64,000 nucleotides of DNA from the NCBI GenBank assembly GCA_021108395.1, contig JAIOQZ010000032.1, positions 202,434 through 266,433 of the forward strand. The letters are read 5' to 3'. Below the pieces are notes generated by a model that saw nothing but the letters and a program-made list of their open reading frames with translations, was not told the origin of the DNA and did no database searches. Source of the stretch: Candidatus Cloacimonadota bacterium. Lineage in GTDB: Bacteria > Cloacimonadota > Cloacimonadia > Cloacimonadales > JAIOQZ01. Shown here piece after piece: positions 56,935 through 64,000 of this stretch. Made by a program: the position numbers and the translations under genes. How positions within the stretch are numbered: the stretch's first letter is position 1; every line of letters begins with the position of its first letter.

Positions 56935-58473
56935 ATGCCCCCTCAGACTCTCGTTCGCAACGTGATGTCGCCGCTGGTGAGCGAGCCAGACCTGGCAATG
57001 GCGCTGGCGGCCAAGTTGCGCTTGCCGTCATCGGCGTTCGAGCACATCGAGCTTCACCGCCGCTCCATCGACGCCCGCCATCGTAACCGCCTGCGATACA
57101 ATTTCACTCTGCTGGTGCGCTTCTCAGGCGCGTCACCCGCTCATCCGGACGTTCGCCCCTGGAACGCTCCGCAACCAGAGTCGCAGACCTCGGTCAGCCT
57201 CACCGATCCGCATCCATACGTCATCGGGGCGGGGCCGGCCGGTCTTTTCGCTGCCCTGGCGCTTGTCGAGCGGGGGTTCGCGCCGTTGGTGTTCGACCGC
57301 GGCGACTCCATCGAGGAGCGGGCCGCCAGTGTCGAACGATTCCGGGCGGACGGCACGCTCGACCCTGACAGCAACGTGCAGTTCGGTGAGGGTGGGGCAG
57401 GGGCGTTCTCGGACGGCAAGCTGACCGCGCGCGGGCGAAACCACTATGCCTGCGAGGTGTATGACAAACTGGTGTCGTTTGGCGCGCCGCCAGAGATTGC
57501 CATCGACGCTCGCCCACATCTTGGCACCGACGGTATGCGAGCCGTTGTTTCACGGATTCGCGCCTGGCTCGAAGAGCGTGGCTGTCGTTTCTTCTGGCGG
57601 CATCGCCTCGAGGACATCACCATTTGCGACGGCCGACTTTCTTCGGTGAGCATCAACGGCGAGAAACATTCGCCCGGCGCTCTTGTGCTGGCGGTGGGCA
57701 ACGCCGCCCGCGACACCTTCCGCCTTCTGCATGACCGCGGCGTGGAGCTACAGGCAAAGCCGTTTGCCGTTGGGTTTCGCCTCGAACACACGCAAGCCTT
57801 CCTCAACGATTATTTCTATGGCGAGCGCAATGACTTTGCGCTGTCGGGCCCGGCGGTCTATCGCATGGCCACGAAGTCCGGCGGACGCGGTGTTTACAGC
57901 TTTTGCATGTGTCCGGGCGGCGAAGTGATTGCGGCTGCCTCGCAGCTTGACGGGCAGGTTGTGAACGGCATGAGCGCCTCGATGCGCGGGGGAGCCTGGG
58001 GCAACGCCGCCATCGTGGCCCAGGTTGGCCCGGATGACTTCGGTGGCGCTCCTTTGGACGGCCTCGTCTTTCAGGAGGCCATCGAGCGGCGCTGCTATAG
58101 GCAGGGGTTTGCGGCCCCGGCGCAGGCGGCTGCGGCGTTTGTCGGTGTGGGCAGGGGCGTTCGTTTCGCGGGCAGCTACCGTCCCGCCATAGTCCGCGAA
58201 GACCTGTCGGTTGTTTTTCCGCGAAAGGTGAACGCGGCGCTACGCGGGGCGCTGCGACGCTGGGATGCTCGTGGCTTCACGCGAGAAGGCCTGCTGTTGG
58301 CCGCCGAGACTCGCACGAGTTCTCCATTGCGTATCATGCGGCGCGAGCAGACGCGGGATTCGCTATCCTGCGCCGGGCTGTATCCTGTCGGCGAGGGCGC
58401 CGGCTATGCGGGCGGCATCATCAGCAGCGCCGCCGACGGCCTGCGCACCGGCCTTCAGTTCCGGCGAACATAG
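56935..58473 (+). CDS. FAD-dependent oxidoreductase (COG2509-like)
   Basis: YVIGAGPAGLFAALAL, FGEGGAGAFSDGKL, VYSFCMCPGG, PVGEGAGYAGGIISSAADG. ATG 56935 lies 4 nt after the cheA stop and is preferred over the listed upstream start. Confidence 0.8.
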   Translation: MPPQTLVRNVMSPLVSEPDLAMALAAKLRLPSSAFEHIELHRRSIDARHRNRLRYNFTLLVRFSGASPAHPDVRPWNAPQPESQTSVSLTDPHPYVIGAGPAGLFAALALVERGFAPLVFDRGDSIEERAASVERFRADGTLDPDSNVQFGEGGAGAFSDGKLTARGRNHYACEVYDKLVSFGAPPEIAIDARPHLGTDGMRAVVSRIRAWLEERGCRFFWRHRLEDITICDGRLSSVSINGEKHSPGALVLAVGNAARDTFRLLHDRGVELQAKPFAVGFRLEHTQAFLNDYFYGERNDFALSGPAVYRMATKSGGRGVYSFCMCPGGEVIAAASQLDGQVVNGMSASMRGGAWGNAAIVAQVGPDDFGGAPLDGLVFQEAIERRCYRQGFAAPAQAAAAFVGVGRGVRFAGSYRPAIVREDLSVVFPRKVNAALRGALRRWDARGFTREGLLLAAETRTSSPLRIMRREQTRDSLSCAGLYPVGEGAGYAGGIISSAADGLRTGLQFRRT

Positions 58474-58679
58474 CACGGCATGTGACTCAAATCACAGGAG
58501 ATGCCTTTTCTGGCCTGTATTGATGAGGCAAATTCAATAAACAGCGGCGATAGGAACTATTGTCGATCTTTGTAGAGAAATGCAAGAAAAGCAAAAAATA
58601 ACTTAACACATTTGTGCCCTTATAAAATAATGAACTAATATTCATATTCTTATTAAATGGTATATATTAAGGAGGCAAG

Positions 58680-60131
58680 GTGAAGATAAGCTTGCAACAC
58701 ACTCGTGGTGACATACGTCATGCAATTGTGCTCGCACCCTCGTCATTTACCTTCGAGATGACACTCCCCGGCCTCGATGAGCCGCTTCGCAAAGCGTTGC
58801 AGGCATACATCGAGCGGGAAAACTGGGAATGGAAGGCTGACAAGACGGCAGTCGTTTCCTTTGCAGACAGCGCCGACACAATTATCCTCGCCGGTTTGGG
58901 CAAGACAGACAGAATCACCCCGTCCGGATTGCGCAAGTCGGCAGCCGTTGCAATTCGCAAGGCCTGTCAGCTCAAGGCAGGCAGGGCCGCGCTTTGGTTG
59001 GCGACGCTGCCGAAGCTCGACAATGTCGCTGGAATCGTTGCCGAGACCGCTCTGCTGGCCGATTACACCTTTGACACATACTTGACCAAGAAAAGCAAAA
59101 ACCGGCTCGATGAGCTTGTGCTGGTGGGCGATGCAGACAAGGCCGCGCTGGAAGAGGCGCAGCTCACGGCAACGGCGACGATGCTTGCTCGTGATCTCGT
59201 GAATGAGCCTGCCAACACATTGCTGCCCGAAGAACTGGCCAGTCGTGCACAGCAGGCAGGGGCCAGGTTTGGTTTCGAGGTCGAAGTCTTCGATGAGAAA
59301 GCCATCCGCGACGAGTTCAAGATGGAGGCGTTCTGGTCGGTTGCCCAAGGTTCCGACAACCCGCCCCGTTTCATCGTAATGCGCTGGAAGGGCGCTCCCT
59401 CCGGCGACATCACTGCGCTGGTGGGCAAGGGCCTCACCTATGACTCCGGTGGCTACGCGATGAAACCCCCGGTCGGCATGGTAAAGATGAAGTGCGATAT
59501 GGGTGGCTCGGCTGCGGTTATCGGCGCCATGTGCGCCATCGCCGGAGCAAAGCTGAAAGCCAACGTGACAGCAGTGGTGGCCGCCTGCGAGAATATGGTT
59601 TCCGGCCATGCTTTTCGCAACGGCGACATCATCGGTTCGATGGCCGGCAAGACCATCGAGGTCGTCAACACCGACGCCGAGGGCCGTCTCACGCTCATTG
59701 ACGCCATCACCTATGTGCTGAACTACGAGAAGGCCAGCCGCGTCATCGACATAGCTACCCTCACCGGCGCTGTTGTCTCGGCTCTGGACGGAGTGCGCCT
59801 GGGCGTAGTCAGCAACGACGATGAACTTTGCGCCCAGCTCGAAACCGCCTCCGAGGCATCCGACGAACGCATCTGGCGCTTGCCGCACGACAAGGAATAT
59901 CTCGAATTGATCAAGTCAAAAATCGCCGACCTGCGCAATTCGGGCAAGGGCGGCGCCGGCACAATCACAGCCGGATTGTTCATTCGCGAGTTTGTGCAGG
60001 ACAAACCCTGGCTGCATCTCGACATTGCCGGAACGGCTTTCGCCGACAAACCAGGAGCCTATTGGCCGGAAGGCGCCACCGGCTCTGGTGTGCGTCTGCT
60101 GTATCACCTCATAAAGCAACGGCAGTCTTAA
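58680..60131 (+). CDS. pepA: Leucyl aminopeptidase (M17)
   Basis: LVGKGLTYDSGGYAMKP, MKCDMGGSAAV, NTDAEGRLTL, LDIAGTA. GTG start with SD AAGGAGG. Confidence 0.93.
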   Translation: MKISLQHTRGDIRHAIVLAPSSFTFEMTLPGLDEPLRKALQAYIERENWEWKADKTAVVSFADSADTIILAGLGKTDRITPSGLRKSAAVAIRKACQLKAGRAALWLATLPKLDNVAGIVAETALLADYTFDTYLTKKSKNRLDELVLVGDADKAALEEAQLTATATMLARDLVNEPANTLLPEELASRAQQAGARFGFEVEVFDEKAIRDEFKMEAFWSVAQGSDNPPRFIVMRWKGAPSGDITALVGKGLTYDSGGYAMKPPVGMVKMKCDMGGSAAVIGAMCAIAGAKLKANVTAVVAACENMVSGHAFRNGDIIGSMAGKTIEVVNTDAEGRLTLIDAITYVLNYEKASRVIDIATLTGAVVSALDGVRLGVVSNDDELCAQLETASEASDERIWRLPHDKEYLELIKSKIADLRNSGKGGAGTITAGLFIREFVQDKPWLHLDIAGTAFADKPGAYWPEGATGSGVRLLYHLIKQRQS

Positions 60132-60145
60132 CAGTATCTATAACA

Positions 60146-60175
60146 AAACGCCCGACATCAGTCGGGCGTTTTTCT
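60146..60175 (+). terminator. Intrinsic terminator of pepA
   Basis: acgcccgac atca gtcgggcgt followed by ttttct. Confidence 0.8.
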
Positions 60176-60231
60176 GTATAAATTCTTGGTGGCGCTGGAA
60201 AAAGTGTACAGAAGCCAGCCCAATCCTGCTA

Positions 60232-60774
60232 TTACATTCGTATCAGCCGCAACGATTCGTATTGCAGTTTCCAGCCGTCCCTGGCATAGGTGGCTCCGGC
60301 CAGCAGGATGGCGTAACGCCGGTTGTTCCAGGAGAATATCACCCGCACATCGTGGCGGATACGCTGTATTCCCGACTCGATCTCGTCAGCGTAATCGATG
60401 CTCTCGAAAGCGATGTCCGCCCAGTCGATGCCGTACATATCGCTGCCTTTGGACAGCAGCTTTTCGAACTGCTGCTGTAGCTTGTAGAGCTGAAACTCGA
60501 ACTCCTGGCGGGTGGTGTGCTTGGCTTCAGCCAGCCAGGCATCGACGAGGTAGCGTTCTTCGGGAGACATTCGTATATATTCTTCGCTGAGAGTCGTTTG
60601 ATTGAGAAAGCGGGCGACGTCGTCTGCATCGAGCAACAGGGGGCGCAGACTGGCGAAGTCCTGGCCGGCGAATGCCGAACAGATGGCCTCGCCGAGTTCT
60701 TCCATCGTCATCTCTTCGGCGTACATCGCCGTCATCGTGATTGTGATAGCCAACAAAAGCACCGCTTTGCGCAT
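60232..60774 (-). CDS. Hypothetical exported protein, tandem paralogue B
   Basis: Signal MRKAVLLLAITITMTAMYA. ATG 60774 with SD GGAGG. Shares YGIDWADIAFESIDY and RRYAILLAGATYARDGWKL with the upstream paralogue. Confidence 0.65.
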   Translation of the reverse strand: MRKAVLLLAITITMTAMYAEEMTMEELGEAICSAFAGQDFASLRPLLLDADDVARFLNQTTLSEEYIRMSPEERYLVDAWLAEAKHTTRQEFEFQLYKLQQQFEKLLSKGSDMYGIDWADIAFESIDYADEIESGIQRIRHDVRVIFSWNNRRYAILLAGATYARDGWKLQYESLRLIRM

Positions 60775-60785
60775 TGAGAAACCTC

Positions 60786-61325
60786 CTACAGAATGACGAA
60801 AATCACCAGGCTGTCGGGGCCGAGCCGCCAGCCGTATCGCGTGTGGAAGAGCCGACCGAAGGCCAGGCGATATTGTACGCCTTCCGCCTCGAACACCACC
60901 ACAAGGCCATCGTGCATAGACAGCCCCATCGACGACCATTGCCTGCCCTCGATGTATTCGATGTAGCCGGCGTTTTCCCAGTCGAATCCGTACAGGTTGC
61001 TGCCACGCACCAGAATACTGTCGAAGCAGCGGCGCAGGCCGCGTCGCGCTTCGGAATCCGTCTCGATCAGGGCGGCTTTCAGCCCTCGCAGCTCTTCTTC
61101 GGCCGTTATTCGATCAGAGTAGTGCATGTCTGCCCATTCGCTGCTTGCATGCAGGCTGTCAAACAGGCTGGGAATGTCTTCATCCCCAAGCTGCAACTGC
61201 ACGAATCGGGAGAAACGCTCGGCCTTCAATGCATCAACGGCGTCACGGCCAAAACGTTCCAGCCCGTCCTGGGCAAATATCGGCAACGCCAGGCAGGCCA
61301 GAATAACGATGATAACGGTTCGCAT
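60786..61325 (-). CDS. Hypothetical exported protein, tandem paralogue A
   Basis: Signal MRTVIIVILACLALPIFA. YGFDWENAGYIEYIE and VQYRLAFGRLFHTRYGWRL. Confidence 0.65.
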   Translation of the reverse strand: MRTVIIVILACLALPIFAQDGLERFGRDAVDALKAERFSRFVQLQLGDEDIPSLFDSLHASSEWADMHYSDRITAEEELRGLKAALIETDSEARRGLRRCFDSILVRGSNLYGFDWENAGYIEYIEGRQWSSMGLSMHDGLVVVFEAEGVQYRLAFGRLFHTRYGWRLGPDSLVIFVIL

Positions 61326-61356
61326 GAAACTCTCCTCGTAACGGGGGCCGCCCCGC

Positions 61357-63264
61357 TCATTTCTTGATTGTTTTGTTTTCGCGTTTGCGCTTTGAGAGCA
61401 GCATCATGGCGCGCAGGTCTTCGGTGTCGCGGGCGTTCAGCCACCGCTTCATGAAGTCCTGCTGCTGCACAATCTGGGCGATGGCCATGAGGGCGCGAAG
61501 ATGAAAGTCTCGCTGGTCCATGCTGCCCAGAAGCACAAACACGGCATGCACCGGCGGCTCACCGTCTGTCCACATGATGCCCTGGTGACTGCGCACCAGC
61601 GCCACCTCGAAACGGTCTTTGCCTCCAACGAGGATGTGGGGAATGGCGAGTCCGCGGCTGATGTTTGTGTTGCTCATCGCCTCGCGTTCGCAGAACAGGT
61701 TCTGCACGTCGTCAGGGGTCAGGTCGAGACCGGGGGCGAGGTCGTGCGCGAGGGCGTCGAAGAACTCGCGGCGGGTGACCGGGCCGTCCATGTCGCGCAC
61801 GAGGGCGTTTTTCAGCAGGCGGTCGAAGCGATCTTCCTGGATGTCATCGCGATCCTGGAGGATGCCGAGCAGCTCGACTTCGAGCTCCTCGAAGTGACCA
61901 TCGAGCAGATTGCGGTTGAGCATTCGGGCGCTCAGCTTAACCAGCGCCGAGTTTCGCTTGTCGTGCTTGTGAGCGAAAAGCGAGTACCACCCGAAGGCGA
62001 ACATGATGAAGCCAAAGGTGATGAACAGCGGCACGCGGCCCATCTGCGCGATAAGGACGCTGTAGGCGATGATGGCGGCGATTTGAATCCAGGGGAACAG
62101 CGGCGAACGATAGGTGGGACGATAATATCTAACCCGCGAGTAGCGCACCACCAGCAGCGCAAAATTATCGATGATGAACAGCAGAATCATGAAGGTCGAG
62201 GCGACTTTGGCTAACATTTCAATGTCGAGCAACAGAACCACCACCACCATGAAGAGGCTTGTCCACAAGATGGAGACCCACGGCGTTCCGGTGCGGCCCA
62301 CTTTGCCGAAGAATCCAGGCACCAGGCTGTCGCGGCCCATGGCCATGGGTACTCGGCTGGCCGAGAGGATGCCGGCGTTGGCCGTGGTGATGAACGCCAG
62401 CATGGCGGCCACAGCCAGCGCAATGCCCCCAACCGGGCCCACGATAGCGGTGGCGGCGGCGCTGATGGGTGTGAGGCTGGTACCCAGGGTTTCGCTGTCC
62501 AGCACGCCGATGGTGACCGCCACCACAAGCAGGTAAAGGCTGGTGACTACGCCGAACGCCCATAACATCGCACGGGGTAACTGCCTGCCCGCGTCCCGAG
62601 ACTCCCCGGCTACGCTGACGATCTTGGTGAGCCCGCCAAAGGAGATGAACACCAGCCCCGTCGCCTCGAGCACGCGGCGCAGAAGGTCGTCCTGGGCGCT
62701 TGATGCTGGATCGAATACATGCAGTACGCTCACGAAGCGAGCAAAGTTCACATGGCGCCAGCCGATGATGACAAACAGCCCCAGGATTGTCAGCAGGCCC
62801 ACCACCAGGGCGCTTTGCATCCCGCCGGAGGTTTTGACGCTGACGAGGTTGAGCACGGTGAACAGCAGACAGGTGCCTGCCGCGATGAACTTTATATGCT
62901 CAAAAGTGAGATGAGGAAACAGCATCACCACAAAGGCGCCGATGCCGATGAGCGCGAAGCTGCTCTTCAGCGCAATCGAGAACCAGTCGGCAAAACCGGC
63001 TATCAGCCCGACGGGGGTACCCAGAATGCGCTTTACATAAAAGTATGTGCCGCCCGAACGTGGCATGGCGGTGATGAGTTCGGCTTTAGTAAACACGCTG
63101 GGCAGCATGAGTACCCCGGCCAGAAAATAGCTGACCAGGCAGGCCGCACCGGCCTCGCTGTAGGCGATGGCGGGCAGTACGAACAACCCCGATGAGATCA
63201 TGGCGCCGGCGGCCAGACTGAACAGGGCGAAGAAGCCGAGGCTTTTTTGTAGTTTGGCGGTCAT
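61357..63264 (-). CDS. APC-superfamily (amino-acid/polyamine-type) permease fused to a C-terminal PTS EIIA type-2 domain
   Basis: About 440 aa of 12-TM permease (MPRSGGTYFYVKRILG), then a C-terminal domain with NISRGLAIPHILVG..AVFVLLGS..HLRALMAIAQ. Confidence 0.8.
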   Translation of the reverse strand: MTAKLQKSLGFFALFSLAAGAMISSGLFVLPAIAYSEAGAACLVSYFLAGVLMLPSVFTKAELITAMPRSGGTYFYVKRILGTPVGLIAGFADWFSIALKSSFALIGIGAFVVMLFPHLTFEHIKFIAAGTCLLFTVLNLVSVKTSGGMQSALVVGLLTILGLFVIIGWRHVNFARFVSVLHVFDPASSAQDDLLRRVLEATGLVFISFGGLTKIVSVAGESRDAGRQLPRAMLWAFGVVTSLYLLVVAVTIGVLDSETLGTSLTPISAAATAIVGPVGGIALAVAAMLAFITTANAGILSASRVPMAMGRDSLVPGFFGKVGRTGTPWVSILWTSLFMVVVVLLLDIEMLAKVASTFMILLFIIDNFALLVVRYSRVRYYRPTYRSPLFPWIQIAAIIAYSVLIAQMGRVPLFITFGFIMFAFGWYSLFAHKHDKRNSALVKLSARMLNRNLLDGHFEELEVELLGILQDRDDIQEDRFDRLLKNALVRDMDGPVTRREFFDALAHDLAPGLDLTPDDVQNLFCEREAMSNTNISRGLAIPHILVGGKDRFEVALVRSHQGIMWTDGEPPVHAVFVLLGSMDQRDFHLRALMAIAQIVQQQDFMKRWLNARDTEDLRAMMLLSKRKRENKTIKK

Positions 63265-63265
63265 A

Positions 63266-64000
63266 TCATCCCCCGTCGAAGAACGGATTGAGTTTGTCCA
63301 CTTCTTCGTTTTGCAGCAGTTCGTACACTTCTTCCGGCAGGCGGGCGTTGATTATCTTTTCCTTGATGATGGAGTGGTGGCCGAATATCTTGGCGACATT
63401 GGCCAGCACCTGTAGGTGCATCTCGTAGTGGTCTCGCGGGGTGGCGATGAGGATGATAATCTTGACGGGCTTGCCGTCAAAGCTTTCAAATTCGATGCCG
63501 TTTGCGCAGATACCGATGACGCCGCGAATCATGGGCCCGCCGTCGATGATGGCGTGGGGGATGGCGAGGTTTTGCCCGACGCCTGTCGTAATCTCGTGTT
63601 CACGCTCTCGCACCGATATTTTCAGTTCTTCGAGGCTGAGCTCCTTGATGTTGTGCGTCATATACAAGAACTCGGCCATCTCGTCGAGCACCTCCCATTT
63701 GTCCTCTGCGTCCAGGCCAATCTTGATGTATTCCTCCTGTAGGAAGTCGAGCAGGCGCAGGCGGTTCTTGTGGGCTTCCCCCGAGCGTTTGATGGCCACG
63801 CCGGTCAGCACCGGGCCCATCAGCTCGAACACCACGACGGCTGTGAGCACTATGGCCGTGAGCAGTGAGGCGTGTCCGGCGAACATCTCCGAACTGCCTG
63901 CGACGAGCACAAGGCCGATGGCCACCCCTGCCATCGGGAACAGCGAGATGCCAATCAGACGACGGGTGGTCTTTGTGCTACGGGCAAAAACAGCGCCCAG
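63266..64000 (-). CDS. C-terminal part of a cation:proton-antiporter-like membrane protein fused to a PTS EIIA type-2 domain (5' end outside the window)
   Basis: The frame is open to nt 64000 (LGAVFARSTKTTRRLIGISLFPMAGVAIGL..FELMGPVLT resembles the last CPA2 helices). The EIIA-2 domain has GVGQNLAIPHAIIDG..IIILIATP..HLQVLANVAKIF. Confidence 0.7.
   Translation of the reverse strand: MGAVFARSTKTTRRLIGISLFPMAGVAIGLVLVAGSSEMFAGHASLLTAIVLTAVVVFELMGPVLTGVAIKRSGEAHKNRLRLLDFLQEEYIKIGLDAEDKWEVLDEMAEFLYMTHNIKELSLEELKISVREREHEITTGVGQNLAIPHAIIDGGPMIRGVIGICANGIEFESFDGKPVKIIILIATPRDHYEMHLQVLANVAKIFGHHSIIKEKIINARLPEEVYELLQNEEVDKLNPFFDGG

Overview
This is a 64-kb chromosomal segment from a GC-rich bacterium. 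Two exported proteins carry T9SS-type C-terminal sorting domains, which suggests an uncultured FCB-superphylum-like lineage; this is inference only. I count about 55 protein genes, 2 tRNAs and 1 TPP riboswitch. I saw no transposase, integrase, reverse transcriptase, CRISPR array or rRNA. The backbone is housekeeping: secG followed by tRNA-Leu, asnS, the riboswitch-controlled thi4-thiE-thiC-thiD operon, lysC, metG, gyrB and gyrA, guaA, a PpiD/SurA-like chaperone, tRNA-Phe, cheA and pepA. It also holds two hybrid histidine kinases, a cNMP-GGDEF protein, a GH13 enzyme, two CapA paralogues and a 1769-aa C25 (gingipain)-like T9SS cargo protein. Short islets that look AT-richer by eye interrupt this backbone and carry the accessory content. 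(i) 6.9-8.4 kb: DUF559 and HNH nuclease genes bracketed by a structured G/C-tract repeat. (ii) 11.0-11.6 kb: an unlisted small ORF plus a cluster of perfect hairpins. (iii) 14.0-15.2 kb: an orphan PD-(D/E)xK-like nuclease coupled to a 4-fold beta-flower / proline-repeat protein. (iv) 18.9-19.3 kb: a motif-rich non-coding segment next to a decayed T9SS gene. (v) 44.6-46.9 kb: a single-chain R-M-S (type IIG-like) enzyme inserted between gyrB and gyrA. The best candidates for something undescribed are islet (iii) and the repeat-bounded nuclease islet (i). Other oddities are a tRNA-Leu whose anticodon reads AAG (A34) and a C25 peptidase domain whose catalytic His position reads Phe. All functional calls rest on motifs recognised by eye. 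No database search, folding program or GC calculation was run.
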